Source: a virus
Lineage: Duplodnaviria > Caudoviricetes
Virus record (IMG/VR): IMGVR_UViG_3300036856_000065
Span: 1 to 42,815 of that record
Direction: 5' to 3' (one strand)
DNA length: 42,815 nt
Positions 16,451 to 25,160 of the stretch are shown in pieces. The notes under the pieces are model-generated. The model saw only the letters and a program-made list of their open reading frames with translations, was not told the DNA's origin and made no database searches. Within the stretch, counting starts at the first letter, position 1, and each line of letters begins with the position of its first letter. Position numbers and translations under genes: made by a program.

Positions 16451-16566
16451 TCGGATCGCAGCATAACAAGCGCCGCCTTAAACTTGGAGCCGGGCCGGCG
16501 TCGGCATGGTCGTTCCTTCGGCGCACTCGCCTGCGCCCGGATCCGTTCAAATCGGAGTCGCCGGCC

Positions 16567-17796
16567 TCAAGCCGCCAGCGGCAGCGCCACGCGATCCGCG
16601 AACGACGAGCCGTCCGCATGGACCGCCTTCTTGCCGGTGAACGATTCCCAGCGCTTCACGATCACGTCGACGTAGCGCGGGTCGAGCTCCATCAGCCGGG
16701 CCCGCCGCGCCGTCTTCTCGCACGCGATCAGCGTCGAGCCGGAACCGCCGAAAAGATCGAGCACCACGTTGCCGGCCTCGCTGCTGTTCGTGAGCGGATA
16801 CTCCACCAGGTCAATCGGCTTCATCGTCGGATGCTCGCCCGACCGGCTCGGCCGGTCAAAGCGCCACACCGTCGTCTGCTTGCGGTCGGTGTACCAACGA
16901 TGGGCCGCCGTTGGCTTCCAGCCGTACAACACGGGCTCGTGTTGCCAGTGATAGTCCTGCCGGCCCATGACCATCGTTTGCTTTACCCAAACGCAGCACT
17001 GCGCCAATTTCCAACCCGCGTCGACCATCGCCTGGCGGAAGTTTGCGCCTTCCGAATCGGCGTGAAAAACGTAGATGCCTGCGCCGTCGCCGGCGACCGC
17101 AAACAGGTTCGTGTACACCGCGAGCAGGAACTGATAAAAGCTCTCGCCCGACATGCTGTCGTTTTGAATCGTCAGCGCGTCCTTCGTCTTCCCCGTATAG
17201 GCGACGTTGTAGGGCGGATCGGTGACGATGAGGTCAGCCAGGCCGCCGTCCATGAGGCGCTCGACGTCGGAGATGACAGTCGAGTCGCCGCATAGCAGCC
17301 GGTGGTTGCCGAGGATCCAAAGATCGCCGGGAACCGATACCGGCTCGGCCGACGGCGCGGGCGCGTCGTCGGGATCCGTCAGGCCTTCGTCCGTGCTTTC
17401 GAGCAGCGCGGCCAGGCCGGTAATTTCGTCGTCGTCGAACGCCGTCAGCTTGAGGTCGAAGCCCTCGAGCTTCAACGCTTCGAGCTCGAGGCCGAGCAGG
17501 TTCTTGTCCCACTCCGCGTCCTCGTTCGAGCGGTTGTCGGCCAGCCGGTACGCTTTGACCTCTGCCGGCGTCAGGTCGCTGGCGACCACTACCGGGCCCT
17601 CCGTCCAGCCGAGCTTCAGCGCGCCCTCGCGCCGCGTGTGGCCGACGACGAGAACGCCTTCGGCGTCCACGACCATGGGCTGCTTCCAGCCGAATCTTTT
17701 TAGCGAGGCCGCGACCTTGTCGATCGCCTTCGCGTTCTTCCGCGGATTGCCCGCGTACGGGATCACGCGATCGAGCGGCCAGATTTCAACTTTCAT
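16567..17796 (-). CDS. ParB-N-terminal fused N6A/N4C DNA methyltransferase
   Basis: PYAGNPR..GHTR..YRLADNR, then DPPY, HPTMKP, LDLFGGSGST. Confidence 0.92.
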   Translation of the reverse strand: MKVEIWPLDRVIPYAGNPRKNAKAIDKVAASLKRFGWKQPMVVDAEGVLVVGHTRREGALKLGWTEGPVVVASDLTPAEVKAYRLADNRSNEDAEWDKNLLGLELEALKLEGFDLKLTAFDDDEITGLAALLESTDEGLTDPDDAPAPSAEPVSVPGDLWILGNHRLLCGDSTVISDVERLMDGGLADLIVTDPPYNVAYTGKTKDALTIQNDSMSGESFYQFLLAVYTNLFAVAGDGAGIYVFHADSEGANFRQAMVDAGWKLAQCCVWVKQTMVMGRQDYHWQHEPVLYGWKPTAAHRWYTDRKQTTVWRFDRPSRSGEHPTMKPIDLVEYPLTNSSEAGNVVLDLFGGSGSTLIACEKTARRARLMELDPRYVDVIVKRWESFTGKKAVHADGSSFADRVALPLAA

Positions 17797-17822
17797 GTTT
17801 TGTCGGAGTTTGCCGAAAGAAT

Positions 17823-18515
17823 TCAGGCGGCGGCGAGCGCCTTCTGCACGCTCGAGGCGTACCAGGCCGCGCCGGTCGGCGTCTTGATGCCGAGCTCGTT
17901 CATGCGCTGCGCGATCGCGCGCTGGCTCAAACCCTGCTGGCGGTAGTTCGCGATGATGCCGCGGATTTCGGCCGGGGCCGGCGCTTTTTTCCGGGCGGCC
18001 GTCGCCTTCCCGATCGACTCCTGCCAGCGCGGATTGCCGAGCCGGGTGCCGCGCGCCTTCACCTGCTCGAGCGCGGCCTTGGTTCGGGCCGAGATCATTT
18101 CCCGTTCGTGCTCGGCGATCGCGGCCAGGATGTGGATCGTCAGCCGGTTCGCGTGCGGCATGTCGCAGGCCACGAAGTCGGCCGCGGACTCCATCAGCCC
18201 GGAGATGAAATGGACGTTGCGCGCCAGGCGGTCGAGCTTCGCGATGATCAGGGTCGCCGGCACTCGCTTGGCCTGCTCGATGGCTTTGGCCAGCTGCGGG
18301 CGATTGGTGTGTTTCTTGCCCGACTCAACCTCGGTAAACTCGGCGGCCAGCTGAGCACTAGGCCCGGCCTGCTGCACGTACCGGGCGACCGCGGCGCGCT
18401 GGGCGTCTAATCCCAGGCCGCTTTCGCCCTGCCGGGCAGTCGAAACCCGGTAATAAGCCACAAATTGCCGGCCTTCGGCCGCATTTTTCGGCGCATTCTT
18501 GCGTGACCTGGCCAT
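17823..18515 (-). CDS. serine recombinase (resolvase family)
   Basis: YYRVST, ESG, RPQL, AKLDRLAR, EREMISARTK. Confidence 0.93.
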   Translation of the reverse strand: MARSRKNAPKNAAEGRQFVAYYRVSTARQGESGLGLDAQRAAVARYVQQAGPSAQLAAEFTEVESGKKHTNRPQLAKAIEQAKRVPATLIIAKLDRLARNVHFISGLMESAADFVACDMPHANRLTIHILAAIAEHEREMISARTKAALEQVKARGTRLGNPRWQESIGKATAARKKAPAPAEIRGIIANYRQQGLSQRAIAQRMNELGIKTPTGAAWYASSVQKALAAA

Positions 18516-18524
18516 GCCGATTTA

Positions 18525-18540
18525 CGAAACGCTCGTTTCG
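18525..18540. promoter_or_regulatory. inverted repeat just upstream of the resolvase; candidate res/operator site
   Basis: cgaaacg-ct-cgtttcg. Confidence 0.4.
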
Positions 18541-18623
18541 GTCGAGGTCAGCTGCTCAACCATGCCAGCGCCGGTATAGCGAGCGACTCCGGGCCCTCCG
18601 CGAACCAGTCGAAGCGCGGCCGG

Positions 18624-19097
18624 TTAGGCGGCTTTCGTTTCCGGGGCGGCCGGGCCGACCGGCGTTCCGGTGAACCAGCTTTTCTCAAGCGCCCTCCGCT
18701 TCACCAGGCCGGGCTCCACTTTGCCGTTCGAGATCACCCAGCGCGGAAATTCGAGAGATGCGCCTTTATAGTCACGTTGGTTTAGCTTGGTCCGCAGCGT
18801 CGACTCGGCGAAGTCGCGGCCGCCGACGTTGTACACGAAACTCACGAGCGCGTCGAACTGGCCTTGCGTGAGCGGGACATGCACCAGGTCATTGACGACC
18901 GGCTCATAGCTGGTCGCGAGACGCTCGCGCAGCCGGGCGTCGGCCTCGGCTTCGGTGAATACCTGCCCGAGCGCCACGTCGGTGTCGCCGTAGCCGCCGG
19001 TGATGACGTTCAGCCGATCGGCCGGCAGATGCCGGGCGACCTCGACGAAGGTTTCGAGTTCTTTGATTTCGGCGATCAGCGCTTCAGAAGAGTGCAT
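18624..19097 (-). CDS. endolysin, GH24 phage lysozyme
   Basis: E...D-x5-T.GYG, LTQGQFDALVSFVYNVG, F.RWV..NGK..PGLVKRR..E. Confidence 0.92.
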   Translation of the reverse strand: MHSSEALIAEIKELETFVEVARHLPADRLNVITGGYGDTDVALGQVFTEAEADARLRERLATSYEPVVNDLVHVPLTQGQFDALVSFVYNVGGRDFAESTLRTKLNQRDYKGASLEFPRWVISNGKVEPGLVKRRALEKSWFTGTPVGPAAPETKAA

Positions 19098-19121
19098 GGC
19101 GTAAGGGGTGCTCGGAAGCGA

Positions 19122-19286
19122 CTAGGCGCTCGGCGTTTTGCTATTGCTGTCGGCCGCCGCGATAAAGCCGGCTCCGGAGGTAATTACGGCGATGGCTTCG
19201 GGCGTCACGTGCTTGGCCTGCACGATCAGGAAGGCGCCGCAGGCGATCAGCACCAGGCCGACCACAGAGGTTTTGGGACTTTTCAT
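19122..19286 (-). CDS. putative holin (54 aa, two hydrophobic segments)
   Basis: MKSPKTSVVGLVLIACGAFLIVQAKHVTPEAIAVITSGAGFIAAADSNSKTPSA, translated by hand; directly upstream of the lysozyme. Confidence 0.7.
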   Translation of the reverse strand: MKSPKTSVVGLVLIACGAFLIVQAKHVTPEAIAVITSGAGFIAAADSNSKTPSA

Positions 19287-19290
19287 AAAT

Positions 19291-19331
19291 AAAAAAGGGC
19301 GGGCTTCCGTCTTGCCAGGGGAAGCCCGCTC
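19291..19331 (-). terminator. intrinsic terminator upstream of the lysis genes
   Basis: gcgggcttcc...ggaagcccgc stem followed by a T-tract on the minus strand. Confidence 0.75.
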
Positions 19332-19366
19332 GTTGAACTCTCGCTGTTTTGCAGGGAGGAAATTGT

Positions 19367-19969
19367 TTAGGCGGCGCGGCGCACAGCGTCGGGATCGTAC
19401 GCGACGGTGGCTGGCTGCTTGGCGCGCGGCCGGAACATGATGACGTTCGATGGCGTCGGCGGCTCGGGCGGCTCGGGGAGCGGCTCGGCGGCAGATGGCT
19501 CGGGGAGCAGCTCGGCGGCGGGCGATCCGTCACGCCTCGGCATTTCGACCACCATGCAGCTCAGCGGCACGGCGCGAAAAATCATTTGTAATCGGCGTTC
19601 CATCTCGTCAGCAAATTCGCAGTGTTCTTCGTCGCCGGCGCGCGGCAGCAAAAGTTTTGTGAACATCCAGGTGCGCAGCCCGGTGTCGGTCAGGTGCTCT
19701 TTAAAGCTGTACGACTGGCCCATGTGGGCGGTCTTGCGGATCGGCTCTTTCCCTTCGACGGCGGTCGAGTTCTGCGGGAGCGGCAGGAAGGTGATCGAGG
19801 TGACGCGGCCGGTGCGTTTGTTACGTTTGGCCACGCAGCCCGGACGCTCCAATGCCAGCAAGCGGTCCACCGCTTCGTGCGAATAATTGCGGAGCCGCCG
19901 GCCGCTCGCCGCGTACGCGGGAATGCCAGCAGACACACCTCGGGCGCGACTAGGAGAGCGAGCGTTCAT
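19367..19969 (-). CDS. hypothetical protein (position would suit a late-gene regulator)
   Basis: basic N-terminal domain and Pro-rich C-terminus; lies before the terminator and lysis cassette. Confidence 0.6.
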   Translation of the reverse strand: MNARSPSRARGVSAGIPAYAASGRRLRNYSHEAVDRLLALERPGCVAKRNKRTGRVTSITFLPLPQNSTAVEGKEPIRKTAHMGQSYSFKEHLTDTGLRTWMFTKLLLPRAGDEEHCEFADEMERRLQMIFRAVPLSCMVVEMPRRDGSPAAELLPEPSAAEPLPEPPEPPTPSNVIMFRPRAKQPATVAYDPDAVRRAA

Positions 19970-20111
19970 GTAAAGCGCTGCGGCGCGGAAAGGTGCAGGA
20001 AACAAGACAGCTCTCCGGTGAAGCTGTCCACGTACATTGGTGGTTCACGCCAGCCTTTTCTCGCCGTAAGAATTCGCCTAAGCCTATTTTTGCCACCAAT
20101 AATGGTGCTGC

Positions 20112-20354
20112 TTAGGAGCGTTTCCTCTTGGCCGGCGGCGCGGGCGCGGGCTCCGGTTCGGGTTCGGGATCCGCGGCCGCGGGCTCGTCCTTCGGCTTCA
20201 CCGGATGCCACTTACGCAGCGCGACCAGCCGGCGGCCATACTCGGAGCGCTCCTCCGGCGTCATCTTCTGATGCGACACCGGGCCGCCCAGCTTGCCGCC
20301 CTTGCGCCCCTGCTTCTTAAACCACTCCAGGGTAAACTCGCGCTTCCTCGCCAT
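20112..20354 (-). CDS. small basic KGG-motif protein
   Basis: FKKQGRKGGKLGG...MTPEERSEYGR...RKW; TGATG-coupled. Confidence 0.7.
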   Translation of the reverse strand: MARKREFTLEWFKKQGRKGGKLGGPVSHQKMTPEERSEYGRRLVALRKWHPVKPKDEPAAADPEPEPEPAPAPPAKRKRS

Positions 20355-20701
20355 CAGTGCGCTTCCGGGCCGCCGTTGCGTTTCATCAGGATGTCCGTCA
20401 GGGCATCGAGCTTCTCCTGGAAGTGCAGCATCCACTCTTCGTGATTCGTGAGCGCCGCGGCGTGCTCGCGGTTCCGTTGGCGCGCCTGCTCCTCCAGATG
20501 CTCGAACTTATCCATCCACTCTTCGTGCGACACGAGCGTTTCGGCGTGCTCTTTGATTCGCTCGCCGGCCCGTTTATCGAGATGCACCTGCACCAGCAGC
20601 GCGTCCTCTAAATCCTGGAACTTGCCCCGGATTCGCTTAAGCGCCGCATCCACGCGCGCATCGCCCGTGAGCGGGATTTCGTTCCCATTGCCCTCAGCCA
20701 T
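20354..20701 (-). CDS. coiled-coil hypothetical protein
   Basis: gaggag RBS; internal repeat EH...L..HEEWM..F. Confidence 0.7.
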   Translation of the reverse strand: MAEGNGNEIPLTGDARVDAALKRIRGKFQDLEDALLVQVHLDKRAGERIKEHAETLVSHEEWMDKFEHLEEQARQRNREHAAALTNHEEWMLHFQEKLDALTDILMKRNGGPEAH

Positions 20702-20720
20702 GAGACTCCTCTCGGTAGGG

Positions 20721-20824
20721 CTATCGGAAGCCCCTTCCGAAACGTAGCATGCCTAAAAAGGGCGTACCAAGTAACGGCGGTAACGGGCCCGCGCGGCGTT
20801 GCTATCGAAAGCCCCATCCGACTA
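20721..20824. promoter_or_regulatory. two degenerate copies of the CTATCGGAA-N5-TTCCGATAG palindrome (20721-20743, 20802-20824)
   Basis: ctatcggaa-gcccc-ttccgaaac; ctatcgaaa-gcccc-atccgacta. Confidence 0.6.
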
Positions 20825-20931
20825 CAGTTCGGACGACGTGCCGGCCCCAAACACAACACCGGGCCGGCTCCCCAAAATTGGGAGGCCCGGCCCGGTGAAC
20901 GCATTAGAGAAACGAACTGCTCCTTATCCTA

Positions 20932-21276
20932 CTAAGGACTGCTTCCGGCCCGGGCGACCATCGAACGATTCGTGCCTGCGCCGGCAGCAACGATGCCGCC
21001 GGTGCCGCCGGTCTGCCCGACGCCCGTTTGCGTCGCCACCTCGTTCGCGATCCCGACATAGGTTTGCATTTCCGCCCAGTCCTCTGCTTCACCGGCACGG
21101 CTCGCCGCGCATGCCAGCGCGGAAACGATGAACGGAGCGTTCGTCCGTACGTACGTCAGGAGCTTAGTGTCGGCGGTCGACAGATGCGGGGCGGCCGCGG
21201 CCGCGGTCGAAGGCTGGTCCGCGGCCGGTTGCCTGCCGCCGTTGATACTTTTTGCGGTTGCTGCATTAGTGGCCAT
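20932..21276 (-). CDS. hypothetical protein
   Basis: 114 aa; TACACT -10-like hexamer 6 nt before the ATG suggests a leaderless mRNA. Confidence 0.55.
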   Translation of the reverse strand: MATNAATAKSINGGRQPAADQPSTAAAAAPHLSTADTKLLTYVRTNAPFIVSALACAASRAGEAEDWAEMQTYVGIANEVATQTGVGQTGGTGGIVAAGAGTNRSMVARAGSSP

Positions 21277-21337
21277 GCCGTCAGTGTACGCCCGAAACTG
21301 CCAAAAGTAACCTGGTACCCTTGCCGCGGCTCGCGTC

Positions 21338-21366
21338 TTCCTATCGGAACCGGGTTCCGATAGAAT
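21338..21366 (+). promoter_or_regulatory. early promoter TTCCTA-17-TAGAAT covered by a 23-bp palindrome (21341-21363)
   Basis: ctatcggaacc-g-ggttccgatag between divergent genes. Confidence 0.75.
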
Positions 21367-21388
21367 GGCCTGGAAAGGAGACCCCAGA

Positions 21389-21691
21389 ATGCCCTGCCAG
21401 GTTTGCGCAGAATCGCTTTCTAAGGTCGATACCTACGAGTGCCCGGAGTGCTTCCACAGTGAGCTCTGCGCCGGGCACGCGTTCGAATGCGGCCGCTGCG
21501 GCGAGCACCGCTGCCGGCATCACATCCGGGAGGTCTTCTCGCGCAAGAACGGCTCCGCTTACCGCTGTTACACCTGCGGAGCCCGGTACCGAAGAAAGGA
21601 AGCAGGCACCTCATGCCCTTCATCAGTCAGTTGTGCGGAGCAGTCGTCCGCATGCAGAATAGCCACAGCGTCCAGCGAAGAAAGGAAGTGA
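21389..21691 (+). CDS. multi-Cys Zn-finger protein
   Basis: aaggag RBS; CQVC, CPEC, CGRC, CYTC. Confidence 0.7.
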   Translation: MPCQVCAESLSKVDTYECPECFHSELCAGHAFECGRCGEHRCRHHIREVFSRKNGSAYRCYTCGARYRRKEAGTSCPSSVSCAEQSSACRIATASSEERK

Positions 21692-21695
21692 ACTA

Positions 21696-22385
21696 ATGCA
21701 ACAATCACGTGAAAAAATCAAGCCGATCCTCGATGTCCCCATCGTTCTCGAGATGGAGACGGTGGTCGGCCAGGAGACCTCCAGCCAGTACAACGGCGTC
21801 GAGTACCGCTACAACGTGGTCTACGACAGTCGCCCGTCGATCATCTATTTGCCCGCCGAGGGGCGCGACGCCATAGTCCGGGCCCGGCCGGCGGTCGGCG
21901 ACTACCTCGAATTGCTCAAACAGAAGCGCGGCAACCAAATCCTCTTCCGGGCTCAGGTATTGAGCGACGCCTACGAGCAGGATCCCGAGCCCGAGCCCGA
22001 GCCCGAGCCGCCGCCACCCGCGCCGCGCCCTCGGCCGAACGGGTACACCAACAACGGGTACACCAACGGCGCACCGGCGGCCCACGGCGCGCCCGCCAGC
22101 GCCTCCCGCCTGCTAGCTCCGGTCCCGCACCGCACGCAGCCCGCGGCGCGCCCAGCGGCGCGCCCGCCGCATACGGCGGCCGGGCAGGCCATGCCGCCGC
22201 GACCGGAGATCACTTCGATCTCACCCGTCGCCCAGCAGGTCGCCGGCTGCCTGCGCGTCGCAATCGATGCCTGGGAGGAGCTGAAGGCGTACGCCGCCGA
22301 CCGCTACGGAGTCACGATCGAATACTCGGCCGAGGACGTGCGCGCCACCGGCACCAGCATCTTCATTCAGAGGAGCGGGCGATGA
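21696..22385 (+). CDS. hypothetical early protein (beta-rich N-domain, Pro-rich linker, helical C-domain)
   Basis: RBS and operon context. Confidence 0.7.
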   Translation: MQQSREKIKPILDVPIVLEMETVVGQETSSQYNGVEYRYNVVYDSRPSIIYLPAEGRDAIVRARPAVGDYLELLKQKRGNQILFRAQVLSDAYEQDPEPEPEPEPPPPAPRPRPNGYTNNGYTNGAPAAHGAPASASRLLAPVPHRTQPAARPAARPPHTAAGQAMPPRPEITSISPVAQQVAGCLRVAIDAWEELKAYAADRYGVTIEYSAEDVRATGTSIFIQRSGR

Positions 22386-22621
22386 TCGAAAACCAGGTCA
22401 TACTCGACCCCGCCCGCAAGGACGGCAGCTGGTCGGTGGTCTTTGACGGCTGCATCGTCGCCGCCGGCTACAACTCGAAGGGTGCGGCGCAGGCCGCACT
22501 CGGCCTCTACGTTTCCGGCTACCGTAAGCCTCGCGAGATGAACACGGCGGGCGCGGCACGACTCTCGGGAGATGCCTCGAACCGCGAAACAATCGAAACC
22601 AGCGAAGGGGAGGGCCGCTAA
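22382..22621 (+). CDS. hypothetical protein
   Basis: aggag RBS, ATGA overlap. Confidence 0.5.
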   Translation: MIENQVILDPARKDGSWSVVFDGCIVAAGYNSKGAAQAALGLYVSGYRKPREMNTAGAARLSGDASNRETIETSEGEGR

Positions 22622-23243
22622 GATGCCGATCAAGAACCCCGCCCTCTACGCAGTCGTGCCGCCGGCGCGACGGTCGGTCTCCCCTGCCCCGAAGCGGAAG
22701 GCGCCTGTCGAAATCCGCTCCGAACAGCGCGCCGAGAAGAACATCAAGCACGCGATCGAGCGCGCCAACGCCGTCTTCGACCGGCTCGAAGCCCGCACGG
22801 CCGCCTACACCAAACAGATCGCCGCGCTGCAGAAACGCAAGGCCTGCGCCGCGGCGCGCCTCGAAAGGCTCGAAGATGGCGTTCTGAAACGGATGACCGA
22901 CGCCGGGCTCACGCTGGTCGACGGCTGGAAGATCTCGTTCAAGGCGCACACCTGCCCGACGTCGGTCGACATCACCGACGAAAAGCTGGTGCCCAAAACC
23001 TATATGCGGGAAAAGATTGTCGAGAGCCCGGACAAGACGCTCATCAACCGCACGCTCTCGCTCGGCTTCCTGGTCACGGACGCCTGCCAGCTGCCGCCCG
23101 AGTTCCAGCTGCGCGACGGCGCACCCAACGAGCTGGCCATCAAGGCGGCCATCGCCGAGGACTCCGCGATCCCGGGCGTCGAGCCGATCCCATCCATTCC
23201 CGGCGCGCGGCTCGTACAGCGCATCACCCTGCAACGAAAATGA
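22572..23243 (+). CDS. Gp157-like / host-nuclease-inhibitor-type protein
   Basis: coiled coil, then SVDITDEKLVPKTYMR...PDK..I and IPGARLVQ. Confidence 0.7.
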   Translation: MPRTAKQSKPAKGRAAKMPIKNPALYAVVPPARRSVSPAPKRKAPVEIRSEQRAEKNIKHAIERANAVFDRLEARTAAYTKQIAALQKRKACAAARLERLEDGVLKRMTDAGLTLVDGWKISFKAHTCPTSVDITDEKLVPKTYMREKIVESPDKTLINRTLSLGFLVTDACQLPPEFQLRDGAPNELAIKAAIAEDSAIPGVEPIPSIPGARLVQRITLQRK

Positions 23244-23302
23244 TTGTGCCTGGCCCGCTTTTCGGGTACAGTGTGGGTGCAATCCCTGCTCTTAAAAAAC
23301 CA

Positions 23303-23329
23303 ACGGCCCGAGGGCCTGCCTCGGGCCGT
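23303..23329. terminator. GC hairpin; possible minus-strand terminator or part of an sRNA
   Basis: acggcccgagg-gcctg-cctcgggccgt with aaaaa nearby on the left. Confidence 0.5.
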
Positions 23330-23634
23330 CGCGACTTCCCTGCCCCGCTCCGTTCCGTCCAAGTAACCCTTTGGTACTAGCTCAAAAGACTGACTCTACG
23401 GCGTTACAAAACCGCACCGGATTTCCTTGTCTAGCGGTAGACTCAGAGATGGAAATGGCCGCTTCGTTGAACCCGGAGCGGCCATCTTGGATAGAGGCGC
23501 GGAGCTAATCGGGGCTCAGACTTGGAAGGTTCGATACCCCGAAAAGTCCGCGCCATTCAAAGTTTAACCATCTGTCACGCCTGCCTCGTTAATACCCTTG
23601 TTTTAGTGGCTCAGGCCACGAAACAAACGTGTGA

Positions 23635-24705
23635 TTAAAGGACTTTCGCGAGTGGATCGGCCCGCAAAGCGCGCGCCGCGCGGATGTACTTGAGCACCGT
23701 CTCGATGCGGCGGTGTCCGGTGCGCTGCTGAATCGTGACCACGTCGGCCCCGGCGTCGGCGGCCGCCGTGATCATGCCGGCCCGCAACGAATGCGCCGCG
23801 TAGTCGTTTGACGGGATGCCCGCTCCTTCGAGCGCTCCTTTGACGACACGCCGCACATGGCCATCCCAAAGCCGTGTCCGCGTCACCCGCCCGGCCGTCC
23901 CCTTCTTTTTCCTGACCTGGGTAAAGAGCGGGCCCGGCCAGTCGCCGCGCTCCGCGAGCCAACGTTTGAGCGCCGTCACCGCGCACAGGTTCGGCCGCTT
24001 GGTCGCGTAGGGAATGCCCACGCTGAACAAGCGCCCCATCTGATCGGTCTTGCCATGGTGTTGCGTCACGATCATGCCCTCGGGCGTGAATTCGACGTCA
24101 GCGAGATCGAGCTTTACCATCTCGGAACGCCGCCAGCTGCAGGCGAACGTCGTAAGCAAAATCGCCTGGTCGCGGATGGCGGTGATACTTCCGTCGCGCT
24201 GGAACAGAGCGACGCACGCTTCGAGCTGCTCGATCGTGATCGCGCGCATCGGCCGCGGGCGCTGCAGTCCCTTCTCGGCTAGATCGCGTTTGGCCGCGAG
24301 CCGCGCATCGCGCACCGTGTGATCGAAGCCCTCCTTCGGGTCGAAGCCGAGCTGACGATGGCGGTCCTTCACCGCGCCGAAAATGTGATCGACGTTCGCC
24401 GGCTTGTACTTCTGCTCGTAGAGCGCCCAGACCAGAAACAGCTTGAGGGTCTCGGGCGACGCCGGCACGGGCCGCCGGCCACTCTCGCCGCACCAGCGCG
24501 AGAAGATCTTCCACGAGTGCGCATAGCCGCGCGTGGTGTTGGCGGCTTGCATGCGGCGCGCGAGTAGTTCTTCGCTTTTCATACGCAGCGGGGCTAAGTC
24601 AATTCCACCATCAAACAGGCGGATTTGCGAACCGGGCTCTTCGACGAAGAGCGGCGGCTTCTTAAGGGCATCGGTAGTACTCGAAGTGGACTTGGAAGGG
24701 GACAC
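23635..24705 (-). CDS. tyrosine recombinase, Cre-like
   Basis: NTTRGY..SW..FSRWC; catalytic R (WRRSE), K (GKTDQ), HSLRAG, TGH, KYIR. Confidence 0.9.
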   Translation of the reverse strand: MSPSKSTSSTTDALKKPPLFVEEPGSQIRLFDGGIDLAPLRMKSEELLARRMQAANTTRGYAHSWKIFSRWCGESGRRPVPASPETLKLFLVWALYEQKYKPANVDHIFGAVKDRHRQLGFDPKEGFDHTVRDARLAAKRDLAEKGLQRPRPMRAITIEQLEACVALFQRDGSITAIRDQAILLTTFACSWRRSEMVKLDLADVEFTPEGMIVTQHHGKTDQMGRLFSVGIPYATKRPNLCAVTALKRWLAERGDWPGPLFTQVRKKKGTAGRVTRTRLWDGHVRRVVKGALEGAGIPSNDYAAHSLRAGMITAAADAGADVVTIQQRTGHRRIETVLKYIRAARALRADPLAKVL

Positions 24706-24798
24706 GCCATTTAGTTTGCTCTACAATGGGCCAGATGTCGAGAACCTTCCAAGCAGATAAGTTTGCGCCTCGTTTGAGACGCGATCACCTGAAACAGA

Positions 24799-24828
24799 AA
24801 AGCACCCTGGCCGATGCCAGGGTGCTTT
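24799..24828. terminator. hairpin between the recombinase and the initiator gene
   Basis: aaagcaccctgg-ccgatg-ccagggtgcttt. Confidence 0.5.
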
Positions 24829-25160
24829 CCAAAGGGTGCCGGAGGTAACTATGCCTTGACGACCTAGCCAGAGCTCGATTCCGTGATCTCCCTCCTCCGG
24901 ACTGTTGTTCAACGCCGGCGGAAACCCGATTCGGCCCCCACCTCTGCCAAAGACAAAGGGCGTCTCGGATTACCAACCCGAATGATCGGCCGTTACTACC
25001 TTTCATCCGGGCATAACCCCGTGCGTGACCGTGCGGGAGTTGCCGTCCCACACTGCCCACTCCCATTCTAGGCGAAGTGGACGGCAACCGATGAAGGGAG
25101 TCGTTCCATGAGCGGCGTTGCCTCGCTCGTTTCTGTACTGGTACTTCCGGGTGCGCGTCG

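Noticed and set aside
21341-21363. LexA (Cheo) box GAAC-N4-GTTC
   Set aside because: Spacing is N3 and the conserved palindrome extends well beyond GAAC/GTTC
23496-23570. tRNA gene (GGTTCGA and a terminal stem)
   Set aside because: No complete cloverleaf with D and anticodon arms could be built; kept only as a candidate structured RNA
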